NCBI RefSeq assembly: GCF_001194135.2
Contig: NC_068983.1
Location: forward strand, 116,163,606 to 116,227,605
From: Octopus bimaculoides
Lineage: Eukaryota
DNA: 64,000 bases
Direction: 5' to 3'
Made by a program: the position numbers and the translations under genes. Within the stretch, counting starts at the first letter, position 1. Each line of letters starts with the position of its first letter. Below, in pieces: positions 12,185-23,538 of the stretch. A model generated the notes under the pieces. The model saw only the letters and a list, made by a program, of their open reading frames with translations. It made no database searches and had not been told where the DNA came from.

Positions 12185-14250
12185 TGTTGCTTATCTTCAG
12201 CTATGGTTATGGTTTAAGAAATGAGGAGGGTGTTGTTTATCTTCAGTTATGGTTATGGCTTGAAAAATGAAGAGGGTGTAAGGCTCCTTGAATTCTGTGA
12301 TGCAACTAATCTAATAATAAGCAACATACACCTTAAGAAATTGGCCAGCCACCTCATCACCTACCAATCTGGCAAACACACAAGTCAGAAAGATTACATT
12401 CTCATCAGGAAATGGGATAGAAGGACTATTGGAAATTATAAGAACCTTTCCTGGTGAAGAGTGCACTATGCAACATAGGTTAGAGGCTGGTGACTTCAGA
12501 TCAAAGCTAGGCAGTCACAGAAACAAAAGATAACATGGAGAAGGAAGGTGAGAATTTCTATAAAATAACTTGCTAAAGGTTACAGATTAGACTTGCGACT
12601 GATGCAAAGTGCCAACTGAACCAACCAAAGGTAACATGGTAGTAGAAAGATAAGGTTGATAGGACAGCAAAGGCTAAGACGCTGGTTTGGAAAGCCTGGA
12701 AGGAATGTGGTAATAGGGAGTATAACTTAATGGCTAGAAGGGCAGTTAGGTGACTGGTGTACTTGGTTAAAAGTGAGGTAGAAAGGAAGAGATTTGCATG
12801 TGTCCTGTACCATGAACGTCAGAGGTGAGAAGTGCATTTGGTATGACAAAGACATTCTCATCATAAATGTGGAAGACAAAAAAGTGGCTTGGAAGTGTTT
12901 ATTATGTGAAACTGCTGAACATTGAGAACGCAGGGGATAAACAGGGGCTACCTCATGCTGGCCCAACATAGGGACCAGCAATTCAAGTTGACAACAGTAT
13001 GGTAAGTAAAATGATTAAGGACATGAAGGGAGGCAAAGCTGTGAGTCCATCAGAGATGTTCAAAATATATGGTGAGGTAGGATACATGATTACCATCTAT
13101 ATCAATGGTTCTCAATCAGGGTCCATATTAGATTTTGTTAAAATTTGTTTCCAATAAATTGGTTATATATTTCCACAATACACAAAATATTTTAATTTTT
13201 TTATGTGATTTCTAATATTTAATTATGAATATATAATAGGATTTTTTTTTAACATTGAATGGCTAAGAGGGTTCATCCAAGTATAATAAGAATCAAAGAG
13301 GTTCATAGGTAAAGAATGGTTGAGAAAAACTGATCTAGATAGTTAAACTAAGTCATACAAGAAGGTGTCATTCTCTGTGACATTGTAAACTGTAATAAAG
13401 GCAAAGCGATGCCTTAGAAAGAAGCAAGTATAAAGGTATCAGACTACTAGATCAGGTTATGACGGTCATGGAGAGAATAATAGCATAATTGATCCATGAT
13501 AGAGTAGACCTAGATGAGATGCAGTTTGGCTTTGCCTTGGAAGAGATACCACAAACGCAGTCTTTCTAGTTAGACAGCTACAGAAGAAATACTTGACTGG
13601 GTACCGTCTTCAGTAATCTGGTGGTCATAGAAGCGACTAGGTGTAGATAGATAGCTTCTAAGAGTTGTACAAGCTATATACAAAAATGGAGTAACTAAAG
13701 TGAGAATTGGCAATGACTTCAGTGATGAAGGTAGGAGACCTTCCATGAAGGTCCTATACGCAGATGATCCAGTTCTTATAGATGAGTTTATGGGGGAGTT
13801 AGAGAAGAATTCCAAGCATGGAAACAAAAACTAGAATCAAGTGGCCACAAAAAAAGACAGGACCCTGGTACCTTCAAGGAAATGTCCTTGTTTGATATGC
13901 AGAAAAGAGTAAGGTATAAACTCCATATGCTACTTGATGTAAGCTATGGACATACAAGATATAGTGGAATCACAGGCAGACTAGCAGAAAAGATAAGCTT
14001 CATACGTGATAGATGCACTAGAGCAGTATGTAGGAACAGACCAGAAATGGTTTCTCTTAAATGCCTGGATGGCTCATTAGTAGTTGATAGCTATTATTAC
14101 CTAGGAGATGTAATTAGCAAGGGAGATGGTTGCTCTGATGTACAGTAAGCAGAGTAAGAATGGGTTGGGAAAAAAAATCAGGGAGCTACTACTGCTGCTG
14201 ACAACAGAGATCTTTTCCCTTAAAGTAAAGGGCAGATGGTATGATGCAGA
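12185..14250 (+). mobile_element. Degraded RTE-clade LINE (endonuclease end, RT, C-terminal region)
   Basis: Translates to EEGVRLLEFCDATNLIISN..LITYQSG..QKDYILIRK, DLDEMQFGF, and GRLAEKISF..CLDGSLVVDSYYYLGDVIS, with many stops and frameshifts. Confidence 0.85.
13103..13332. mobile_element. hAT (Charlie-like) MITE nested in the RTE LINE
   Basis: TIRs CAATGGTTCTCAA / TTGAGAAAAACTG; 8-bp flanks ATCTATAT / ATCTAGAT; same family as 20918-21148. Confidence 0.8.
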
Positions 14251-14259
14251 AGAGGGAGA

Positions 14260-15029
14260 CCCCAGGAAGACATGGGATTAGGTGGTGAAAGCCAAGCCTC
14301 ATAAAAGAAATGACGAAGGACTCAGATGGCTGGCAATTCCTCACTTGTTATACAACATTTATTAATACTGTTCTCTCCACTTAAGTTTTTATTGATCACC
14401 CCTCACTCTCACTGTGCCACCAAATAATCTCTCCTCACCCACCACCATGTCTCACTCTACTCATACACTACACTTGTCTCTCCCTTCCATCCACTTCTTG
14501 CAACCTACCCCATAGCATGTCATTTCACTTTTTTCTTTCTGTCTCCTGTCCATCATTTCTATTCTGCTACTCTGCACTATTAGACTTCCTTGACTCCCCA
14601 CTCCCAAAACCTGTGTCCCATTTCATTCCTGTTCACTTCACACCTCAAGGGGCCACTGATATCTCATTATCACTATTTTTTTTACTGCTTTTCACCTCCA
14701 CTCTCTCTTCTAAAATGCAAGTAGTCATGTAGCTCCTCTACAGCAAGAAACCTGTTCTACTTCAGCCCTTTTTTATCCCATACATTTACCCATCTCTACT
14801 GCTCATTCTCCTACCAGAAAGTTGCCCCTTCCTTCCTTGCGGTTTGTAATCTTGCAAGCTACATGGCAACCTCACAGTACATGCTGGAAAGTGGTTGGCA
14901 TTAGGAAGGACATCCAGCCATAGAAACCATGCCAAAGCAGCCACTGGAGCATGATGCAGTCCATGGGATTATTGGATTCTGTGAAACCAACCCACGCCAG
15001 CATGTAATATGGATGTTAAATGATGATGG
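14260..15029 (+). mobile_element. Family C retroelement: pyrimidine-rich body plus RTE-type tail ending in (TGA)n
   Basis: GGTTGGCATTAGGAAGGACATCCAGCCATAGAAACCATGCC...GGATGTTAAATGATGATG; the body resembles the reverse complement of 22130-22440. Confidence 0.6.
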
Positions 15030-15033
15030 TATA

Positions 15034-16322
15034 CGAGGGGGTAACCAAAAGTAACTGGAAATGTTCTCTATGGGACAAGCCCATGGTAGTTCAGGCCTTG
15101 GCTATTAGAAGTCACTTGATGCAACCCTCAGGCATCAGTCTGCTGACATGCATTGTCCAGTGGTGTCATACTGCCATTTGATGCATCTTTGCTTTGCCAT
15201 GCTTCTTCCCTGTTTCTCAACTTTTGCATTGGCTGAAATGAAGGAACAGCATGCTTCTGTGAAATTCTATTTTCTACTGGGGAAAATGATAGCCGAAGCA
15301 GTTGTCATGCTTCAAACAGCTTACAAGGCCACTGCCATGAGCAAAACACAAGTTTACCATGGTTTTCATGCTCTAGGAATGGTCACTTGTCGCTTGAGAA
15401 CCAACCTGGTTCAGGGTGACTGTTGACCTCCTCAATGAATGAAAACATCTGAAAACACATGAACTGATCTTGGAGGACTGTCACTGAACAACTAATGAAC
15501 TTGTCAATATGACTGGTATGTCCTGGAGCTCCTTCCAATAAATTCTGAGTGAGTGTGGAATTGTGTATGAAAAGAGTTGCAGCAAAATTTGTGCCTTGCT
15601 TGCTCACAGAAGATCAACAGCAGTCACAACTGAATGCATGTTGTGAACTAAATAAACAGTTGGAAGTTGATCCAGACCTTTTTTCAAAGGTCGTCACTGG
15701 TGATGAAAGCTGGCGCTATGGGATTTGCAGATGTGGAAGAGGCGAGGAAAAAGATGATTGAAGCGTTAATAGGCATCACTTTGCAAGAGTTCCAGCACTG
15801 CTTTGAACAGTGGGAAACGTGTCTGGACTGATGCATTCCTTCGAATTTGACGATACTTTGAATGTGATAAAAGTAAAGGCGTAGGAGTGGCTGTGTGGTA
15901 AGTAGCTTGCTTACCAACCACATGGTCCCGGGTTCAGTCCCACTGCGTGGCACCTTGGGCAAGTGTCTTCTACTATAGCCTCGGGCCGACCAAAGCCTTG
16001 TGAGTGGATTTGGTAGACGGAAACTGAAAGAAGGCCGTCGTATATATGTATATATNNNNNNNNNNGTTTGTCCCCCCAACATCGCTTGACAACCGATGCT
16101 GGTGTGTTTATGTCCCCGTAACTTAGCGGTTCAGCAAAAGAGACCGATAGAATAAGTACTAGGTTTCTAAAGAATAAGTCCTGGGGTCGATTTGCTCGAC
16201 TAAAGGCGGTGCTCCAGCATGGCCACAGTCAAAAGACTGAAACAAATAAAAGAGTAAAAGAATATGTAAAACTAAGTGAATAAAATAATGCAAAATTCTG
16301 GTTTCTTTTGGGTACTCCCTTG
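15034..16322 (+). mobile_element. Internally deleted mariner transposon interrupted by a SINE
   Basis: TA|CGAGGGGGTAACCAAAAGTAACTGGAA left TIR and TTCTGGTTTCTTTTGGGTACTCCCTTG|TA right TIR. Transposase pieces: EQHASVKFYFLLGK (HTH), AAKFVPCLLT, KVVTGDESW and FADVEEARKKMIEALIGITLQEFQHCFEQW. Confidence 0.88.
15877..16264 (+). mobile_element. SINE family A inserted in the mariner
   Basis: Full head and tail; the internal microsatellite contains an N gap. Confidence 0.9.
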
Positions 16323-16462
16323 TATGCCCATTTCATATTGTAAGCACCAGTTAGCATCCAGTCGCTGAAGTTAACCTTTCCAGTACTGAAATAGCTGACC
16401 ACTTGCAAAACCTAGGTGGTGTTAGCATCACAGTACTAATAGTAAAACGGTATATATATATA

Positions 16463-16726
16463 TCGTTGCCAGTGCCCCTGGACTGGCTCTTGTGCGGGTG
16501 GCACATAAAAGACACCACTTCGAGCGTGGCCGTTTTCGCGCGGGTGACACGTAAAAACACCCACTACACTCTCTGAGTGGTTGGCATTAGGAAGGGCATC
16601 CAGCTGTAGAAACTCTGCCAAATTAGATTGGAGCCTGGTGTTGCCATCCTGTTTCACCAGTCCTCAGTCAAATCGTCCAACCCATGCTAGCATGGAAAGC
16701 GGACGTTAAACGATGATGATGATGAT
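16463..16726 (+). mobile_element. Young family C RTE-type tail
   Basis: CpG-rich; ends GGACGTTAAACGATGATGATGATGAT. Confidence 0.8.
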
Positions 16727-17058
16727 ATATATAAATATGTCAAAAAGGCAACTTTGGATGTATTGTTAGAGTGTCAACTACTACGTGGTTTACTTTTGAG
16801 AGGACCCCTCATATGGACACATTGCATAAAAGTACACATTTATATTGCTGGCAAATGAGTATCATCTTTGGCCACTGGAACTACTAGATCATGTGATGTT
16901 GGTGTTCCCTGTTTCTTCAGTGGTAGACGTCCAACAGCCACATACCAGTCAGATCTCACTGCCTGCAATATTTGTGACATCAGTAACTTTTCAGGCACTA
17001 ATGTTGTAAATGGCCAGTAGGCCTATTAAAAAAAAATATTATTGACAATAAAAACAGT

Positions 17059-17231
17059 ATTAATCCCAAAAAGCAATCTTTATATCCACCTTAATACATG
17101 GATGTATTGTTAGAGCACTGAATACTGTATTACTTACCTTGAAAGGACCTCTCATATGAATGCATAGTGCATAAAAGTACACTTATATCAATATGTTAAG
17201 TTGGATATAAAGATTGCCTTTTGGGATTAAT
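17059..17231. mobile_element. TTAA-flanked MITE with ~40-bp TIRs
   Basis: ATTAATCCCAAAAAGCAATCTTTATATCCACCTTAA at left is the inverse of TTAAGTTGGATATAAAGATTGCCTTTTGGGATTAAT at right; a partial second copy lies at ~16741-16845. Confidence 0.7.
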
Positions 17232-17247
17232 GTTGCTAATATATATA

Positions 17248-17700
17248 TCATCATCACCATCACTTAGCATCTGCTTTCCATGCTGGCATAGGCTGGATGG
17301 TTTGACAGAAGCTGGCCAGGCAGAAGGCTGCATGAGACTTCTGTGTCTGTTTTGGCATGGTTTTTATGGCTGGATGCCCTTCCTAACACCAACCACCCTG
17401 CAGTGTGGACTGAGTGCTTTTTGCATGGCACAAGTACAGGCAGTGTCAGTTTTGGCATGGTTGTTACAGATGAGTGCCCTTCCAAATGTCAACCATTTTA
17501 CAGTGTGGACTGGATGCTTTTTACATGGCACCAACACTGGCAAGATCACCAAGTAACTTGCAAGATAAAGATCCTTTGAGAGGGAAGTGGGTATCAGAGG
17601 AGGTGATCTTGTACCAGATGATGAAATGTTAGAGTGTGACACAGAAACAGGAGGCACATGGTTACCCAGCCAGAGGGAGAGAGAGTGATCAAGAATGAGG
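17248..17700 (-). mobile_element. Family C RTE-type tail with an internal ~100-bp duplication
   Basis: Starts at (CAT)n; the TTTTGGCATGG...CCCTTCC...CAGTGTGGACTG...TTTT.CATGGCAC module occurs twice. Confidence 0.75.
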
Positions 17701-18051
17701 ACAGGAAAATGAAAATGTTTTGGTATTATTTATTCTCCATTACATGTGTTTCATTTGCTAATAAGAATTACAAAGGTTTACATGTTAGATAGACATTTAA
17801 GGAATTTCCTATTAGACATTCATCTGACAGGAAACTTATAATACAAAAATCACATTTGGATGAAGTGTTTCTATTTGGATATTAATCAACAGTTGTACAA
17901 ATAGTCTCAGTGAAATTAATAACACCAAAATTATCAATTTTAATATGAATTTTGACCTACATACAGCAGCAACTATAGCTACATATTAATTGTAATAGTG
18001 GAATAAGCAGATGTGTTTCAAGAGGAAACAGCTGTTATTAACCCTAACCAC

Positions 18052-18254
18052 TTACTCTTTTACTTGTTTCAGTCTTTTGACTGTGGCCATGCTGGAGCAC
18101 CGCTTTTAGTCGAGCAAATCAACCCCAGGACTTATTCTTTGGAAGCCTAGTACTTATTCTATAGGTCTCTTTTGCCGAACTGCTAAGTTACGGGTACGTA
18201 AACACACCCGCATCGGTTGTCAAGCGATGTTGGCGGGACAAACANNNNNNNNNN

Positions 18255-18297
<43 letters not shown>

Positions 18298-18464
18298 TAC
18301 GACAGGCTTCTTTTCAGTTTCCGTCTACCAAATCCACTCACAAGGCTTTGGTTGGCCCGAGGCTATAGTAGAAGACACTTGCCGAAGATGCCACGCAGTG
18401 GGACTGAACCCGGAACCATGTGGTTAGTAAGCAAGCTACTTACCACACAGGCACTCCTACACCT
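18052..18464 (-). mobile_element. SINE family A
   Basis: Reverse complement of the 5683 and 15877 copies. Confidence 0.9.
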
Positions 18465-18605
18465 ACTTATATATAATTTTTTTGACTAATGGTTTATGTC
18501 AATTAGTGTGTTGAGTAAAGCACATTTTGGGCTACCTGGTGTCATCCACAGTTGGGGCATATGTCTGCTGGATCTACATCAGGAATTTCACAGTGTTAGT
18601 TGAGA

Positions 18606-18978
18606 TAATAATAATTGATGAAGTAAATTGGAAGATAGATTTAGCACTATTCTTTATTTAGTATGATGATCATTTTGAACCCATCCTGAAACTGTCTGTA
18701 ATGGGTAGGATTTTGTGCATCTAATAATGTTACATCAGTCTGTGCAGTTTGTATCATATCAGGTACATGCATAAAGAAGGCAATGCCTCACAAAATATAC
18801 TGAGATGTCCTAGGCATGTACCTAATGTGACACAAACTGCACAGATTGATGCAGTACTACTAGATGCACAAAATCCCACTCATAAGGGACAGTTGCAGGA
18901 TGGGTCGAAATGATTGTTGCACTAAATAAAGACCAGTGCTAAATCTATCTTCCGTTTGCTTCATCAATTATTATTATT
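18606..18978. mobile_element. Fold-back MITE with ~160-bp inverted arms
   Basis: AATAATTGATGAAG..GATAGATTTAGCACT..CCCATCCTG..ATTTTGTGCATCTA..TGTGCAGTTTGT..AGGTACATGC is mirrored across a ~45-bp spacer. Confidence 0.8.
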
Positions 18979-18988
18979 ATAATATCTG

Positions 18989-19205
18989 AAGGCGGTGAGC
19001 TGGCAGAATTGTTAGCACACTGGGCGAAATGCTAAGTGGTATTTTGTCTGCTGCTAAGTTCTGAGTCCAAATTCCTCTGAGGTCGGCTTTGCCTTTCATC
19101 CTTTCAGGATAAATGAAGTACCAGTGAAACAGTAGGGTTGATGTGATTGATTAGTCCTCTACTCCAAAATTTCAAGACCCTGTGTCTTCAGTAGAAAGGG
19201 TTATT
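18989..19205 (+). mobile_element. SINE family B
   Basis: AAGGCGGTGAGCTGGCAGAA head plus core. Confidence 0.8.
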
Positions 19206-19208
19206 ATA

Positions 19209-19248
<40 letters not shown>

Positions 19249-20659
19249 ATAAGGATTTACTTTTCATAATGAGATAAAAAACCAAGGCTGTGTATAATAT
19301 AGAACATTTATAAATAGAATGTCTTACAGCTGTTTCCAGGGTATTTATTATATCCTTCATCAGAGACGGTGTGAGAGGATGATTAAGGAATAATTAGTTT
19401 AGTTAAGATAGGAAATAGAAAGTGAATGTAGGGATATTGTATATGTAAATCCATTGTTTAGGCAGAATGGTATACATATAAGATTCTAATACCTTGTGAG
19501 TAAAATCCAATTGTTTTTAAGATTGGTCGTTGCCTTTGTAAATCCANNNNNNNNNNNNNNNNNNNNNNNNNNNNNNNNNNNNNNNNNNNNNNNNNNNNNN
19601 NNNNNNNNNNNNNNNNNNNNNNNNNNNNNNNNNNNNNNNNNNNNNNNNNNNNNNNNNNNNNNNNNNNNNNNNNNNNNNNNNNNNNNNNNNNNNNNNNNNN
19701 NNNNNNNNNNNNNNNNNNNNNNNNNNNNNNNNNNNNNNNNNNNNNNNNNNNNNNNNNNNNNNNNNNNNNNNNNNNNNNNNNNNNNNNNNNNNNNNNNNNN
19801 NNNNNNNNNNNNNNNNNNNNNNNNNNNNNNNNNNNNNNNNNNNNTATATAGATAGATAGAGAGAGAGAGAGAAAGACTTGGCCCCAAAAATTAGCTTTCT
19901 CCTACTATAATCTGTGATTATAGGGCTGCTGTTTTCCCTTTAAGTATATAATATGGTTGCACTTATGGTCAAATGGTTGAGAAGTTTACTTTGCAGTTAT
20001 GAGTTCCCAGGTTCAATGCCACTGTATAGCATCTTGGTTTCACCAGCGCAAAGTTAGTATGACTGAATAAACAGAGACTATTTGGTTGCTCACAGATGGG
20101 CTGTAACTATAACTTGTTAATTCTACTTGAGAATTACTTTAGAAGTATATATGTCTGTGGAATGCTTAACTACTTTCATACTAATTCAGTGAGCAGACCA
20201 ATTTGTTGATCAAACAATGGAAATCCATTTCCATTTATCCTATAAATGTTATTTCTATCTGAGAATGTGTGAGATATAGAGGTGTAAAAAAAAAAAAAAA
20301 TTCTGCAATGAAAGTTTAAGTAGATTCAGTGAGCCACTCCACTACTGAAGGCCTTTTTTATCATCCAATGTTGAGGAAAATGATAAGTGGCCAGGAAATT
20401 ACTACAGGGCAGCTAATCTGGAGAATTGTTGGCATTCAATATCCTTAATCTTTGAATCAAGGCTTTTTGACATAAATACGCTGAAAAGTAACCAGATTTC
20501 ATTTGCTAACATTTGCAGTCTCTTAGCTAGTTGTTTCTTAGCTGCACATCAACTTTAATTGAATAGACTCACGATCAAAAGCATCCAAGACATGTACATC
20601 TCATCTATAATGTGTCCATCCCGTTTTAAGATGGCAGACTGTGATTTGAGTGATGTTAA

Positions 20660-20877
20660 CCCATTAGCATTTAAACTGGTCATATCTAGCCTAAATATTC
20701 TACTTATTTTATGTTCAAACTGGCCAGATCTGACTTTTCACACCTACCCTGCAATGTTATCTTAAAAATAGACAATTGCACCATCAAAACCTTGTAGCTA
20801 CAAGATAATGCATGATTAATGCAAAACAATGTGAATAAACAAGCATCACATTTGACAGTATTCTGAATGCTGAAGGC
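20660..20877. mobile_element. TTAA-flanked MITE (inverted relative to 11157)
   Basis: TTAA|CCCATTAGCATTT...AATGCTGAAGGC|TTAA. Confidence 0.75.
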
Positions 20878-20917
20878 TTAAGCTGTTATATCTTGCTGAT
20901 TGAGTGACTGTATAGAT

Positions 20918-21148
20918 CAGTAATTCTCAACTGGGGGTCCACATAAGATTTTGTTAAAATTTATCTGCATTAAATTGCTTATACTTCTACAGTGCTCAAA
21001 ATATTTTAATTTTTTTTATACAATTCCTTATAATATTTAATTATAGAAATATGGTAGAATTTTTTTTGTATATATTGAATGACTATGGAGGCCCAGGTAA
21101 AATAGGAATCAAAGGGCTCCACGGACAACAAATGGTTGAGAACCACTG
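20918..21148. mobile_element. hAT MITE
   Basis: CAGTAATTCTCAAC...GTTGAGAACCACTG; flanks GTATAGAT / GTGTAGAC. Confidence 0.8.
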
Positions 21149-21288
21149 GTGTAGACGTTTCCTCATTGACTCCAAAAAGTCATGAGAAAACCAAATAAGA
21201 TCAAATCTTTGTTGAAGATGTGAATTTTATTTGCACACTATTGAAAGGTTTTTTTCTTCGACCATCTGCTTTACACTGATAACGTTTT

Positions 21289-21717
21289 TTAACCCTTTTG
21301 ATGTCATCTTGCCTGAGATCTGAATGAACTGCTCCAGTTCACTCATTTGTAGAAATGAGTTGCAACGTCACTGGTGCCAAGCTGTATTGGCTTTTCCCTT
21401 GGATAACATCGGTGGTGTGGAAAGGGGAGGCTGGTATGCATGGGCGACTGCTGGTCTTCCATAAATAACCTTGTCTGAACTTGTGCCTTGGCGGGTAACT
21501 TTTCTAGGTGTAAACCCATGGTCATTCATGACCAAAGGGGGTCTTTACCTTTTACCCGAGAGCTCTCTTGGTTCTATGATACCAGCTTCTTGTTATAAAG
21601 TGATCTAAATTAAAACTGTCCATCAAAATTTTATGTTATGTATCAAACACCAGATTTTGAAATCAATTGAAACAAAAGCTGTGCATCACAACAGAAATAT
21701 GGTAACAAAAAGGTTAA
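21289..21717. mobile_element. Second TTAA MITE family, carrying a nested retroelement tail (~21320-21556)
   Basis: TTAACCCTTTTG...CAAAAAGGTTAA termini; internal part shared with 40100-40320; the insert ends GACCAAAGGGGGTCTTTACCTTTTACCC. Confidence 0.55.
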
Positions 21718-21924
21718 TGTATAAGAAAAATTAGAAAGAGAAAATAAAGTTTTGAAAGAAAATAAGACTGCGATCTCTTTAACTATTTCCAGTGAAGAGT
21801 TTTAAAATGAGAATAAGATGAGATGGAAAAGCTGAATGAATAAACTTGCCAAACAAATACTTTAAAATTTTTGTTTGTTTAAATTTATGTTACTTAAGAA
21901 AAAAATATACATAAATAACAGTTA

Positions 21925-22440
21925 TCACCATCATCATCATTTAATGACTGTTTTCCATGCTGGCATGGGTTGGACAGTTTGACAGGAGCTGGCTAGCTGG
22001 AGAGCTACACAAGGCTCCAGTTGTCTGTTTTGGCATGGTTTCCATGGCTGGATGTCCTTCCTAATGCCAACCACTTTACAAAATGTACTGGGTGCTTTTT
22101 ACATGGTACCAGCACCTGCAAGCTTGCAAGACAAGGACCTTTGTTGAGAGAGGGAGTGGAGCTGAGAGATTAGAGTATGACAGAAATAACCCTCTTACTA
22201 TTGAGGAGATACTTGACTACTTCAATGGGACAAGGAAGGTGGGAGAGAGTTAGAGAAAGACAGTTGGAGCGAGAGATGGGAACAGTGGGGGTAGTATGAG
22301 TAGTCCAGAGGAGATAGAGGTGGCTGTTTTATAAGAGTGTGAGGGGAGATGCCTAGAGATAGCAAGTGATGTTGTGAGGAATTGTGGAGAGTGTACAGAT
22401 ATCCTTTCAGTCCTCTCATTTACTCATGAAAACTAAAAGT
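21925..22440 (-). mobile_element. Family C retroelement (tail plus purine-rich body)
   Basis: (CAT)n TTTAATGACTGTTTTCCATGCTGGCATGGGTTGGAC... followed by a body related to 14330-14850. Confidence 0.7.
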
Positions 22441-22518
22441 GTTTCTGATGTAAAAGAGAGAAAGAGAGAGAGAGATCAACTGCAGTATTTGTAGGTGTTT
22501 GAAGAATATACTCTAGCA

Positions 22519-22784
22519 CAGGGGTTTTCAAACTTTTTGACTTGTGGACCCCTTTATATTTCAGGCTTTACCTTATAAACGCTTATGAAATTTATGCATA
22601 AATATTTGCTTAAAATAACATATATTTTTACATTTATTTATTTAACTGTATTTAACAAATAGGTTTATTGTCAATTAAAAGATTTCGATTAAAAAACATA
22701 TATAGAATCAAATTGCCCATAAAAAGTATTTGCTGTCCACGGACCCCCTGTCTTGTCCTTGCGGACCACAGTTTGAAAACCCTG
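22519..22784. mobile_element. hAT MITE with a perfect 8-bp TSD
   Basis: CTCTAGCA|CAGGGGTTTTCAAAC...GTTTGAAAACCCTG|CTCTAGCA; an inverted near-identical copy lies at 28293. Confidence 0.92.
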
Positions 22785-23383
22785 CTCTAGCAAATAAAGA
22801 ACTTCTCAAACTTTTGCAACTACATAATTTCAATAATTTGTGTAAGAGTTGTTAGATTATTGGAGTGCTTATTATATCTTCATCTTCTCCACCGCTACCA
22901 CCAATATATTTTATCAATGGCTTCACTTTTAATCCGTTGTGTCTTCCAGCCATCTACTACTGGAGTAGTTATAAACTGGTAGAGGATATATGGAGCAGAA
23001 CATCAGAGGTGTATATTCTGGATGTGCTAGGTGTGTGCTGCACACCCACTGAAAATGGAAAATTCTTAAATATTAACCTTCCTCATTAATTTAATCACAA
23101 ATCTTAATGGAAAACTTTTGTTATACCCTAGCTTGAAATTTGGTGGCACTGGGTGTGGCAGCACACCCAATACAACAACCACCGCTGGACATTATTGTTT
23201 TATGTAGAGAAACACCAGCAGCAGTGACTTTATATTGTGAATCACCAATTGCTCTGTTATTTAGGCTACAGGTGTTGCAACGTTCATAGATTTAAAAACA
23301 GTAGAGAACTAACTTTACACTTTATAAGTTATGCCTTTTTGTAATAATTAATAAGCTAACGTCCTGAAAGACACTGCAAATAG

Positions 23384-23538
23384 TTTCTTATTTCTTTATT
23401 GCCCACAAGGGGCTAAACATAGAGGAGACAAACAAGGTCAGACAGTGCGTAACTGGTACTTAATTTATTGACCCCGAAAGGATGAAAGGTAAAGTCGACC
23501 TCGGCGGAATTTGAACTCAGAACGAAATACCGCTGAGC
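23384..23538 (-). mobile_element. SINE family B, long-tail variant, cut by an N gap
   Basis: CCCCGAAAGGATGAAAGGTAAAGTCGACCTCGGCGGAATTTGAACTCAGAACG is the reverse complement of the core. Confidence 0.8.
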
